Part shown: positions 27,844 to 37,645 of the stretch, piece after piece
How positions within the stretch are numbered: the stretch's first letter is position 1
Layout: each line of letters starts with the position of its first letter
The notes under the pieces: generated by a model
Told to the model about the DNA's origin: nothing
What the model saw: only the letters and a program-made list of their open reading frames with translations
Database searches by the model: none
Assembly (NCBI GenBank): GCA_965198175.1
Contig: OZ240245.1
Location: 2,432,001 to 2,496,000 of the forward strand
DNA: 64,000 bases
Direction of reading: 5' to 3'
DNA from: Candidatus Poribacteria bacterium
GTDB lineage: Bacteria; Poribacteria; WGA-4E; PCPOR2b
Position numbers and translations under genes: made by a program

Positions 27844-29322
27844 ATGAGTGCCAAGAAAACCTCAAGTGCCTTGATTACGTCGCTGATTATTCACGGAGTC
27901 GCTGTGTTGATTCTCGGTGTTTATCTAGTCACCCAAACCCCGCAGTTCAAAGACTTAGTCGGTGCCCAAATACTTAATCCACCGGATCCACCGAAACCTA
28001 CAGTACGTAAACAGCCCTTTAAGCAGATTAAACCTTCGATTCTTACCGATGACACCGTGGTCAATGTACAGGTTCAAGTCCAGCCTAGAGTCACAACCGC
28101 AGCCGTTGTTCGCACGACTACCATCGAGCCGCAAACCGTGCTCGAATTCTCGAACAGGCCCATCAGGTTGGATGAACCCATTAAGCGCAGTGTTCCCAAA
28201 GTTGTTAATCCGAATGCCTCGCTGCCGCAAGTAACAACTGACGCTGATTTGCCAGTTTCTGACGCACCGGGTGCACTGGCATTTTCTAGTCCTGTTGCGT
28301 CTGCTCCAAGCGCTAGCCCGTCAAATATTGGACGCGGGATTGCTGGCGGAATAGTGCAGGTGAAGGCTGGTTTTCAACGTCCTCCGGGCTTAATGATGGT
28401 GAAGCAGGTTGGCGCTGCGCGTGATGCACTTCGGGATGTAGTTGATAGCATCACGCTCGGCAATGCAGATGTTCCGCCACTACCGAGGGGTGAGCCTGGG
28501 GGTACAGTCATCGGAAAAGGGCCTGACATTCAAGGTGTCTTCCGCTTTGCCCGCATTCGCCATACTCTCGCTGACTGGTGGGCGGATGCGTCGTCGCTGA
28601 ATGCATTGACCAAATGGCTGAATGAGCGAACGAATATCAAGACGGACATGAATGTTGAAGGCGGTGCGCTGAAATTGACGGACGCTGCCTTACAAAAAAC
28701 GCCAATGGCATTTATGACAGGGCATGCCCCTGCGCTTGTTCGTTCCCAAGGACTCGATCAGAAGGGTGGTTTTGGTTCGACGCTGAACAGCAGATTTACG
28801 GAACCGGAAGCGGCGGGATTGCGCCGATATCTTGTTGATAGAGGCGGTGTCCTTGTCTTTGACGATTGCGGTGTGAACGCGGCGGACCAGGGGTTCACTC
28901 GTATATTCCTCGCCCAGATGCGCTATGTGATGCCAGAATATCAGGTTGAGCGTATTCCTAACGACCACGAGGTCTATAACAACTTCTATGAGATAGGAGG
29001 ACCACCGGTTGGGTTCGACATCTTCTGGTTTGGCACGAGAGCGCCGAAACGGAATTTTCTCGAAGGAATTTCCGTTGGTGCGAAACTTTCGGTGCTGGTA
29101 GTTCGCCGTGATTACATGTGCGCGATGGAGGCAGTAAGCCTACCGACACGTTCGGTGCACTACTCTCCTGGAGTGTATCGATTTATGACCAACGTCGCTG
29201 TTTACTCATTGACGCACGGTCAGATTGCCGATTACACCAACTATATTCCTGATGATCAATTAGCTGAGCAGAACCTGCCGACGCGGGCGCCAGAAGCCGC
29301 GAAGATTGGTAAGGTTGAATAG
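27844..29322 (+). CDS. Membrane-anchored protein with Pro/Val-rich linker and C-terminal DUF4159-like domain
   Basis: GGAGG RBS; N-terminal TM (SLIIH); FMTGH, LRRYLVDRGGVLVFDDC, IPNDHEVY, TNVAVYSLT. Confidence 0.75.
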   Translation: MSAKKTSSALITSLIIHGVAVLILGVYLVTQTPQFKDLVGAQILNPPDPPKPTVRKQPFKQIKPSILTDDTVVNVQVQVQPRVTTAAVVRTTTIEPQTVLEFSNRPIRLDEPIKRSVPKVVNPNASLPQVTTDADLPVSDAPGALAFSSPVASAPSASPSNIGRGIAGGIVQVKAGFQRPPGLMMVKQVGAARDALRDVVDSITLGNADVPPLPRGEPGGTVIGKGPDIQGVFRFARIRHTLADWWADASSLNALTKWLNERTNIKTDMNVEGGALKLTDAALQKTPMAFMTGHAPALVRSQGLDQKGGFGSTLNSRFTEPEAAGLRRYLVDRGGVLVFDDCGVNAADQGFTRIFLAQMRYVMPEYQVERIPNDHEVYNNFYEIGGPPVGFDIFWFGTRAPKRNFLEGISVGAKLSVLVVRRDYMCAMEAVSLPTRSVHYSPGVYRFMTNVAVYSLTHGQIADYTNYIPDDQLAEQNLPTRAPEAAKIGKVE

Positions 29323-29427
29323 CACAAAACCAAAAACGATAATGATGAGTGGAGAGAAGATTCCGCGCTTTCCACTCTCTACTCTGCTAACATATCGAAA
29401 CAACATGTTTTCTGAGTTACCTTCACT

Positions 29428-30090
29428 TCAAAGGACTTCCGTGCGATTGGACGCTTTTGCCAACGCCTTCTCAAAAGATTCGCGCCAACATTCTGCTAAC
29501 GCGGGGACACCTAAAACCTCGTGAATCCCTTCCAAATTACTACTGTCGAAATAGAGCAAGTGGTGTACCGCCTTTACTGTTAGGCGCTTAAGTCCAATCT
29601 TAACCCGTTCAATCACATCGCCAGCGCCGACCTCGCCCACTTTTAAAACACGCAGGTAGAAACCCGACCGTTCGCTCGCCAAGAACTGTTTCGGAAATGT
29701 CGGAATACCCATCTTCAGTCCAAGCTTAAAGCATGGCACGCGCGGCTGGGACACTTCAACCAGTGCTGTTCCTATCCGGAAAACATCTCCGATATGGACG
29801 TCATCCTCCAGCATACCTTCTACAGTGAAGTTCTCACCGAACTGCCCGTAGGTTAAATCGTCCCGAATAAGTTCGCGCCGCCAGTATTCGTAATGCTCAA
29901 TTGGGTATGCGTAGACCGTTTTGTCGATGCCACCGTGTACCGTCAAATCCGCTTGCCCATCACCGTCCAAGTTCAACTTCCGCAGGACGACACGTCCCTT
30001 CACCGGCACTTTAAATATTCCTGTGTGTATCGTTTTCACGTTGTAGGAGACTGCCTTAGGTTTCGAAACATTCACCGAAAGCAGCTTCAT
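29428..30090 (-). CDS. MOSC domain protein (YiiM-like)
   Basis: GDGQADLTVHGG, GQFGENF, VSQPRVPCFKL, SGFYLRVL. Confidence 0.9.
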   Translation of the reverse strand: MKLLSVNVSKPKAVSYNVKTIHTGIFKVPVKGRVVLRKLNLDGDGQADLTVHGGIDKTVYAYPIEHYEYWRRELIRDDLTYGQFGENFTVEGMLEDDVHIGDVFRIGTALVEVSQPRVPCFKLGLKMGIPTFPKQFLASERSGFYLRVLKVGEVGAGDVIERVKIGLKRLTVKAVHHLLYFDSSNLEGIHEVLGVPALAECWRESFEKALAKASNRTEVL

Positions 30091-30130
30091 CTGTTAGTCT
30101 CCCTGTAATGAGATTGGATGGCGAACTGGC

Positions 30131-30541
30131 TCACGCGCTCAACTCATCCATAATTTTCTCCATATCTTCCAGCAGTTCAACCTCATAACCATCTGGATCA
30201 GTAATGAAAGCCATTTTCATGCCACCCGATGTGAATTGCTTTCGCCAACCGTCGGGCCAAATCTCAAGACCAGATTTTTCCAGTTTGTCGCAGCAAGCAA
30301 CGAGATCAGGCACGCCAATGGCAACGTGCATCAAATCTTCCGGAACGTTGAGTTCATAATCGGGCGAATAGGTCAACTCCAGAGTAGGAAAGTTACCGGG
30401 CAGCTCCAGGTGCACAATTTGGTTGCCCGCTGGCGATTTATCGCTTCGACTTTTCACAACGAAACCTAGGTGATCGCAATACCATCTGATCGATCGGTCT
30501 AGGTCGCTGACTCGAATACGTGTGTGTAAAAAGGTAGCCAT
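30131..30541 (-). CDS. VOC/glyoxalase family protein (lactoylglutathione lyase-like)
   Basis: FLHTRIRVSDLDRS, LELTY, HVAIGV, FITDPDGYEVEL. Confidence 0.88.
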   Translation of the reverse strand: MATFLHTRIRVSDLDRSIRWYCDHLGFVVKSRSDKSPAGNQIVHLELPGNFPTLELTYSPDYELNVPEDLMHVAIGVPDLVACCDKLEKSGLEIWPDGWRKQFTSGGMKMAFITDPDGYEVELLEDMEKIMDELSA

Positions 30542-31036
30542 CTCTTAATGTCCTTTCTGTTATCGGTTTTGGACAAATCCCAGTGAGAAGTCTCGCGAGT
30601 CCATTTCTCAACGTCGTAAAACTAACCACTTTAGAAGGACAGCGCGATTTTCAATCAATGATAGCATACGAATGAGTGTTGAGCAAGTCGATTGTTGGGC
30701 AGCTATCGCTTTCATTTTGAAGCAATCCACCAAATAATCAACAATACGTTCGTCAAAATTGATGTGAATAACGTGAGAGAAAACAAACGCAACGATTTCT
30801 GTTGATTAGATAGTAAAAAAGGCGTAAAATGGTTATGGATGCTTTACAATTTGCACAGTGCAAGCAGCGAAAACCATATGATTCGGGCGGTGCCTATCGC
30901 TAATTTCTGAGACGCATTTTATGATTGCGCAGAATCATCCGATAAACCACTGTAAACGGACGATGATTCAATACAGTGGTTGACGTTTTTTCGACCCATC
31001 ACATAGTATAAGCCAACGTAAAGGAGATTTTAAGCT

Positions 31037-31708
31037 ATGTCAAAAGCATCACTGAAACAACGCGTGCACAACGGAGAAGCCATTAACATAGGAGGCGCAT
31101 CTCTGGATACCTCAAAGGGGCAACTGGAGGATATCCTCAGTAAAGACACCTACGATTTGATCGGTGTCGACAGCCAGCACTCAGCGTTCGATGAAGACAA
31201 ACTCGTTAAGTTTTGCGCTATAGCAGAAGACTTGGGTGTACCAGTTCAGTTCCGCATCAAACACACACGACACGCCTATCTCATTGGCAATTACGTCGAT
31301 CTCGGCCCACTCGCCATTGTGGTGCCGCAAGTTGAGGACGAATCGACGGTGGATGAAGCGATTGATGCGTTCTACTATCCACAGGTGGGAAAAAGGAGTT
31401 GGGGACCTAGCTCCGGCTACGACATAAAGGCACATCCTGACCGTCTCGAATACGCCGAATGGTGGAACAATAATGGCATTCTCTGCCTACAGATTGAATC
31501 CGTTAATGCCGTCATCAATGCGCGAAAACTAGCTAAACCCGGGGTAGATATGCTTCTGTTTGGCGCGAATGACTTGAGTTTTAGCCTGGAATCATATTCG
31601 CACCCCCAATTCAAAACGGTTGACGACTGCATCCGCCACGTCGTGGAACAGATGGAGGGAACACAGGTCAAGGTAGGTGTTGGCAGATCGCCATCGGGGC
31701 AATTCTAA
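31037..31708 (+). CDS. HpcH/HpaI aldolase family protein
   Basis: AAGGAG RBS; VDSQH, YYPQVGKRSWG, LQIES, FGANDL. Confidence 0.8.
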   Translation: MSKASLKQRVHNGEAINIGGASLDTSKGQLEDILSKDTYDLIGVDSQHSAFDEDKLVKFCAIAEDLGVPVQFRIKHTRHAYLIGNYVDLGPLAIVVPQVEDESTVDEAIDAFYYPQVGKRSWGPSSGYDIKAHPDRLEYAEWWNNNGILCLQIESVNAVINARKLAKPGVDMLLFGANDLSFSLESYSHPQFKTVDDCIRHVVEQMEGTQVKVGVGRSPSGQF

Positions 31709-32054
31709 TCCTTCACCTATTGCGCCTGGAAGGGCAGTCACCACCGCAGTGCTTTTCGATTGACATTCTTTTCTACCATTGTTAGAATACGATGATCGAT
31801 ACCATAAGGCTCTGGAGTTCTTCTTTTGTTGATATAGACACCCCGCGATGGTATGACGGGTCAACATCTTCCACTCCCTCAACGGTTGCTATTCTCGTTG
31901 ATGTTCGTATTGCACCTTTCTACGAACCGAGGAAGAATCGGCTTGAAGGACTGACGGCGGTTTTCTCCCGCCGGATTGAAAAATAGAGGTCGCTACCCGT
32001 ACAGAGTACAGAGGGCGAATGAGTGCCAACTCTTGGTTGCAAGGATGGCAAACT

Positions 32055-32465
32055 ATGGAGGCAAACCTTTGGAATATTGGCGTGAAAATTGAAGACCTAA
32101 ATCGGGAAGTCGACTTTCTCGAGGCATTGGGCGGCAGAGTATTGGTGCGTGAAACCCGTTCAAAGCCAGATGGTGAAGCATATGAGGTTGCGCTGCTGGA
32201 GTTCGGCGAAACACGGTTCTCCCTGATGCCAGAACCGCTCTTCGAAAACGCGCTCAGCCACCCACTCATGCCGGGGTTGACCCATGCGGTGTTCGAAGTT
32301 GAAGACTTGGACGACGCTTACGAAAAAATCACGGAGCTAGGTGCAGAAACGCTATCCGAGCCGAGGCAGATCAGTGTCGGATTGGGAACCCGCCGCATCG
32401 CCTTTTTCCGATCACCCAACGGTTTTGTGTTCGAGGTGATGCAAATCTTGGAATCAAAGGTGTGA
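32055..32465 (+). CDS. VOC family protein
   Basis: IGVKIEDL, HAVFEVEDLD, IAFFRSPNGFVFE. Confidence 0.8.
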   Translation: MEANLWNIGVKIEDLNREVDFLEALGGRVLVRETRSKPDGEAYEVALLEFGETRFSLMPEPLFENALSHPLMPGLTHAVFEVEDLDDAYEKITELGAETLSEPRQISVGLGTRRIAFFRSPNGFVFEVMQILESKV

Positions 32466-32621
32466 ATTATCAGAATCGGACTACAGCGCTACAAATTGCG
32501 TCTTGATTCGGAACGTCACTGGTTCTCAATAACAAAGAAACCGGGATCTGTCGATTAGGAAACAAGTTAGGACTGTTATTACGCACAAGTCGACCTGAAC
32601 AGTTACGAAAGGATTAATCCT

Positions 32622-33413
32622 ATGCAAATCGGCATCCGTGATACGATGTTGCCTGTTCCCTTTGAGGACACATTCACAAAGGCAAAGGAACTTGGTTTTG
32701 ACGGGCTAGAGTTCCGTATCGGCGATGACTATCAAGACCATTTACTGTTCAGCGAGGCAGGTATCAAAAAAGTCCAAGATTTGATTGATTCGTCAGGGTG
32801 TAGTATCGCCGCCCTTACAGCCCAGGCGTTGATTCCGCGCACCTTCTTGAACCCCAATGACGATCTGCGCCTTGAAGGAATACGCTTCGTAGACTATCTC
32901 TCGCGTGTTGCACCCCGGTTGGGAGCCAAGGTAATTGTATTGCCCTTTTTCGAGGGGGCGACCCTCTCTTCAGAGCATGCCGTGGCACCACGTCTTGTGG
33001 ATGGGCTCAAACGCACAGGAGAGGTTGCCGCTCAATCCGGCGTCACCCTCGCTCTCGAATGTACCCTGAGTGGCGAGGAACAACTTCGTCTGCTCGAAGC
33101 TGTCGCCATGGATGCTGTCGCCCTTTGTTACGACGTGGGCAACGCCGTAGGTATGGGCTACGACGCCGTCCGGGAAATCCGAAGCTTAACAACAAAGCAC
33201 ATTGTTTATGTTCACATGAAGGATACGGATACCCAACACCTCGGCGAGGGACGGGTGGACTTCCAAGCTACTAGCGAGGCAATCAAAGAGATTGATTATG
33301 AGGGATGGTTCGTGCTGGAAACGCCTGCAGGTGTCGACTCCTTCGCTTCTGCCAAGAAGAATCTCGAGTTCACGAAGCGATTTGTAACAGATATCCAGTC
33401 GTCACTCTCGTGA
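32622..33413 (+). CDS. Sugar phosphate isomerase/epimerase (xylose isomerase-like TIM barrel)
   Basis: GFDGLE, LALE, YDVGN, VHMKD, GEGRVDF, YEGWFVLE. Confidence 0.88.
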   Translation: MQIGIRDTMLPVPFEDTFTKAKELGFDGLEFRIGDDYQDHLLFSEAGIKKVQDLIDSSGCSIAALTAQALIPRTFLNPNDDLRLEGIRFVDYLSRVAPRLGAKVIVLPFFEGATLSSEHAVAPRLVDGLKRTGEVAAQSGVTLALECTLSGEEQLRLLEAVAMDAVALCYDVGNAVGMGYDAVREIRSLTTKHIVYVHMKDTDTQHLGEGRVDFQATSEAIKEIDYEGWFVLETPAGVDSFASAKKNLEFTKRFVTDIQSSLS

Positions 33414-33742
33414 CAATATGCATCCGGACAAGAATCATCTGTCGTTCTCAGGTGTGCGAAGAATCCGCATTCGCCCTTGAGTTGATAGCCAACCACCGTT
33501 TCAACACCGTCTCTAAGACGTTCTAGCTCACACCGCCGACTCGGTGCGTATCCACCCTACAATCCACACCGTGCCCGTCTCCTCATCGCAGCTAGCAGGC
33601 GGTGCCGCTTGAACTTGATTGCAGTTGACGCCAATGAACAAACCATTAAGAACGCTATGAATCTCGGATTTTAATTCGAACGCGGATTGCGAGAATTTGG
33701 TCGACGAAACAATTAGCAATACGACTGATCGGCATCTTGATT

Positions 33743-34447
33743 ATGGAAAAGGAAACCTACATCCATAACATCTTCTCTGCAATCGCAAGGCGATACGATT
33801 TCCTCAATACCTTGTTGAGCATGGGTCGTGATCGGTCATGGCGACGATTTACCGCCCGCGTCAGCGAGATTACGCCGGGCAATAACGTGCTTGACGTTTG
33901 CACAGGCACCGGTGAACTCGCGCTTGCTTACGCAGATGCAATCGATAATGGTAGACCGGTAATCGGCACAGACTTCTGCTTCGAGATGTTAGCGATCGGC
34001 AAAGAAAAAGTAGAAAAGCAGGGACGGTCCCACGATTTCGTTGCTATTGAGGCAGATACACTCCGACTGCCCTTTGCGGACGACACCTTCGATGTTGTGT
34101 CAGCTGGTTTCGGTATCCGCAACGTCGCCAATCTCGAACTCGGCATCCGCGAGATGGCGCGGGTTGCCGTCAGAGGGGGGCGTGTTGTAATTCTTGAGTT
34201 TACTCAGCCGTCTACACCGGTTTTTCGAAATCTCCATTTCTGGTACTTCAAAAAGATATTGCCCGTTGTCGGCAATCTGATTTCAAGGAACAAAGACGAT
34301 GCCTACGGCTATCTGCCGGAGTCTGTCATACACTTTCCAAATTGTGAACAGCTCAAAGCCATTATGGAGGGATGTGGGCTGACGGATGTGCGATTCTATC
34401 AGAGGACCCTTGGCATTGTTGCGATTCATGTAGGTAGGAAAAGGTGA
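33743..34447 (+). CDS. ubiE: Demethylmenaquinone/ubiquinone C-methyltransferase
   Basis: FSAIARRYDFLN, LDVCTGTG, LPFADDTFD, FGIRNV, AYGYLPES. Confidence 0.9.
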   Translation: MEKETYIHNIFSAIARRYDFLNTLLSMGRDRSWRRFTARVSEITPGNNVLDVCTGTGELALAYADAIDNGRPVIGTDFCFEMLAIGKEKVEKQGRSHDFVAIEADTLRLPFADDTFDVVSAGFGIRNVANLELGIREMARVAVRGGRVVILEFTQPSTPVFRNLHFWYFKKILPVVGNLISRNKDDAYGYLPESVIHFPNCEQLKAIMEGCGLTDVRFYQRTLGIVAIHVGRKR

Positions 34448-35637
34448 AAATCCAATACCGCCCTCCCCATAACCCGACCGAACTTGACGATTCGATTCAA
34501 TGCAGTATTCGTGCATTCGACGAATCGGAACACGCTTTCACAAATATTGTTAAACACGACCCGTGGTTCGATTTAAACAACACCCGCGCCTGTTTTCTAG
34601 ATGGAAAGGTCGTTAGCGTCGTGCAAATATTTAGCCGTCCCATGCGAATTGGCGGCTGTGTTGTGCAGATGGGCGGAGTCGGGAGCGTCGGCACGCGCCA
34701 CAAATATCGCCGCGCCGGGTACTCATCGAATGTGCTTCGAGATAGCGTTCAGTATATGCGTGCGGCAGGCTACGATCTCTCAATTCTCTTTACGGACATC
34801 CAATCGCATTACGCAAAAGCGGGTTGGGTGATGTATCCCACGTACAGAACGCGCTTGACATTACCTGAAAGGCTTGAAAATACGTCCGACACAATCATAC
34901 AGCAATGCGACCCTGAGCAGGATGGACGGGCGCTGCGGGAAATTTACGATTGCTTCAATGCCACACGTACAGGAACGATTGTCAGATCTATGGAATACTG
35001 GAACAACCGACCCAAATGGCGAGAATGCGAGCCATCGCTCTTTTGGACTGGCAAGCAGGATGGAGAAATAATTGCTTATCTTAAGGGCAGCCGGTGGTTA
35101 ATCCGCGAGTTGGGTTATCTTCCCAATCATGAAAGCGCGATTATTGAGTTATTCCGCCGCTTCTTCGTTCAAGCGAAAGTTGAGGGAGTTAATGAAATTG
35201 AGGCGATTGTCCCGTCCGAATGTTGTGAGTTGTTTAAAGCTATCGGCTGCACTGTGGAGCGCCTTGAACGTTATTATACAATGCTTCGGATTATCAACCT
35301 CGAATCTTTGCTGACCAAGATGTTGCCGACCTTTGAAACAAGGCTAAACTCATCCGACTTTTCCAGATGGGAGGGAGCGATTCATATTCGCTATGAATCC
35401 GATAAGCAAACGCTAATCGTCAAGAGAGGAAAAATCGAGGTATCAGGAGATGCCGAGGTTCCAACAATCGATTTCCCTGTCAGCCAAACACAACTGCTAA
35501 ATCTGTTGTTCGGCAATATGACAGCGCGACATGTCGCGTTCTCCAACGGCTTGGCATTCAACGAAAGTGAAATTGGGCTGCTTGCTGTTCTTTTTCCGCA
35601 AGGCGAACTGTTCTTGTGGGAAACCGACAGATTTTAA
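34444..35637 (+). CDS. Eis-like GNAT acetyltransferase with C-terminal SCP2-like domain
   Basis: GGVGSVGT..YRRAGYS acetyl-CoA motif; two GNAT halves; C-terminal LLFG. Confidence 0.75.
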   Translation: MKIQYRPPHNPTELDDSIQCSIRAFDESEHAFTNIVKHDPWFDLNNTRACFLDGKVVSVVQIFSRPMRIGGCVVQMGGVGSVGTRHKYRRAGYSSNVLRDSVQYMRAAGYDLSILFTDIQSHYAKAGWVMYPTYRTRLTLPERLENTSDTIIQQCDPEQDGRALREIYDCFNATRTGTIVRSMEYWNNRPKWRECEPSLFWTGKQDGEIIAYLKGSRWLIRELGYLPNHESAIIELFRRFFVQAKVEGVNEIEAIVPSECCELFKAIGCTVERLERYYTMLRIINLESLLTKMLPTFETRLNSSDFSRWEGAIHIRYESDKQTLIVKRGKIEVSGDAEVPTIDFPVSQTQLLNLLFGNMTARHVAFSNGLAFNESEIGLLAVLFPQGELFLWETDRF

Positions 35638-35832
35638 TGGATGGCGATGCACAGTTTTAAATTTTATTCAAGATAACTGAAGCAATCCCTCTGTGAGGAT
35701 AAGGGACAGGTTCCAAACTCTTTCATAACAACACTCAGAAACACAATTGATGTCAAAATTCATATGGGAAAAAGAGTGAACTGGGCATTTAGATGAGACC
35801 TTCGGTGTGTTTAGAACGTTTCGAGGGCTTTT

Positions 35833-36780
35833 TTAATTCTTTAGTAACCGCCCGATATGAGCGACCACTGATTCTGACAGCCCCTCTAAACTGTACCCCC
35901 CTTCTAACGCCGACACAAGCCGACCTTCACAACACTGTGCCGCTGTTTCTACAACGATTTCGGTCAAGACTGCAAATCCCGGCGCGGTCATGTTGATTGA
36001 CGCCAACAGGTCCAGGCAATGCGCATCAAATCCAGCCGAAATTATCAAGAAATCCGGCGAGAAATTGAGCAACGCAGGTTTGAGCAAGTTTTTGAACACC
36101 TCGATATAATCGATTGCCTCACTTTCAGCTAGCATCGGCGCGTTTAAGGTCGTGCCGATCCCTTTGCCGGAACCGGTCTCGGTAGCTAATCCTGAGCCGG
36201 GGTAGAGCGGGAATTCGTGGATGGAGAAGTAAAAAACCGATTCATCCTCGTAGAAAATGTCCTGGGTTCCGTTGCCGTGATGCACATCCCAATCCACGAT
36301 CGCGACTTTGCCAATATGGTGCTCCCGTTGCAAAAATCTAGTCGCAACGGCAACATTATTGAACAGGCAAAACCCCATCCCTCTATCCGATGTAGCGTGA
36401 TGACCGGGCGGGCGAACAAGGGCGAAAGCATTGCTAACTTTACCCGTCATTACGGCGTCAGCCGCCGCGAGCACACTGCCCGCGGAGAGCAGGGCAACAT
36501 TAAATGAAGCAGTTGAGACGGGGGTATCGTAAGCGAGGGGAACGCTCCGCTCGCAATGGCGTTTGACCCGGTCAACGTACGGTCTCGTATGCGCATAGCA
36601 AATCTGATTGATCGTCGCCGGCACTGGCTCGATCTGTACTAAATCCGCCCAGAAATCCGACGCCTGAAGGGCTTGAATACAAGCCTTCAGTCGATCCGGA
36701 CGCTCAGGGTGCCCGTGTCCAGTGTTGTGTTTAAGGCAATCGGAATGGTACACAAAACCTGTTTTCTTACCAAGGCCCAT
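35833..36780 (-). CDS. Histone deacetylase-family (Zn-dependent) deacetylase
   Basis: HPERPDR, RPPGHHA, GFCLFNNVA, DWDVHHGNGTQ, SAGFDAH, LEGGY. Confidence 0.95.
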   Translation of the reverse strand: MGLGKKTGFVYHSDCLKHNTGHGHPERPDRLKACIQALQASDFWADLVQIEPVPATINQICYAHTRPYVDRVKRHCERSVPLAYDTPVSTASFNVALLSAGSVLAAADAVMTGKVSNAFALVRPPGHHATSDRGMGFCLFNNVAVATRFLQREHHIGKVAIVDWDVHHGNGTQDIFYEDESVFYFSIHEFPLYPGSGLATETGSGKGIGTTLNAPMLAESEAIDYIEVFKNLLKPALLNFSPDFLIISAGFDAHCLDLLASINMTAPGFAVLTEIVVETAAQCCEGRLVSALEGGYSLEGLSESVVAHIGRLLKN

Positions 36781-36792
36781 GAGATTCTCTCA

Positions 36793-37404
36793 CTATGTCG
36801 AATTACCCCCGCCGATAACATCAGGGGTCTTCTTGAAAATTGCCCCTTGCCCCTTCATCATGGCAACGGCGTCGTTCCCCGCTTTCTCGTCCACCGCCGC
36901 AATTGCATCTTCGACAACGATAACTTGATGCCCTCGATCAAGCAACCCGAACACCGCGGCTTTGACACAGTAGTCCGTAGCAACGCCGTAGACAATATGT
37001 TCATCTGCATTTGCAGACTTGACAACCTCCGCTGCGTTCGGATTCGTGAAAACATCGTATGTCTGTTTCTCTAGCAAGATCTGATCTGCCCCGCTAACCA
37101 CTTCGTGTGGATGAATTTCTGGAGCGCTGTTTTCAATGACCAGCGTATCCGCAACGCACGTTTCCTCAATTTTTTTCTGACCTGGGGTGCCTTGTACACA
37201 GTGTGGCGGGAAGATTTCGAACTCTCTATCGTCAGGCGTATGTGCATCCGCGGAAGCGATGATTTTCACCCCATTCTTAATGGCGAAGTTGGTCAACGCC
37301 CGCAAATTTCCTCGAATATTCTCTGCTCCAGGCACTGAAAGTGCACCATCCGCACTAATAAAATCATGTTGCGTATCAATGTCGACAAACACTTGACGTA
37401 CCAC
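36793..37404 (-). CDS. pncA: Isochorismatase-family cysteine hydrolase (nicotinamidase-like)
   Basis: DIDTQHDF, GALSVPGA, DAH, FPPHCVQGT, GVATDYCV. Confidence 0.75.
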   Translation of the reverse strand: MVRQVFVDIDTQHDFISADGALSVPGAENIRGNLRALTNFAIKNGVKIIASADAHTPDDREFEIFPPHCVQGTPGQKKIEETCVADTLVIENSAPEIHPHEVVSGADQILLEKQTYDVFTNPNAAEVVKSANADEHIVYGVATDYCVKAAVFGLLDRGHQVIVVEDAIAAVDEKAGNDAVAMMKGQGAIFKKTPDVIGGGNST

Positions 37405-37645
37405 GCACGTTTTCTCCTTCCTTTCATCGGGTTGGCTACATCAATCTCCCTCAGTCTCCATTATGAAAACATCAATTCATTGATGCGAGTTCATTAGTAA
37501 TCACCCAGTGGGTATTAGATATTAGGAATCGAAAGCACAAATCATTATTTATCCAACAGTTGATGTTGGAATGAGGTCGATTGATAGCAGGAGCGGCGTC
37601 GCTCTGCACAGTTAAACCTCGATGCCGCTTAGCTTTGGTTAACCG

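Noticed and set aside
30542..31036. Long intergenic region with an AACCACTGTA/TACAGTGGTT inverted repeat as an ncRNA or riboswitch
   Set aside because: No known RNA motif recognised; consistent with a divergent promoter region.
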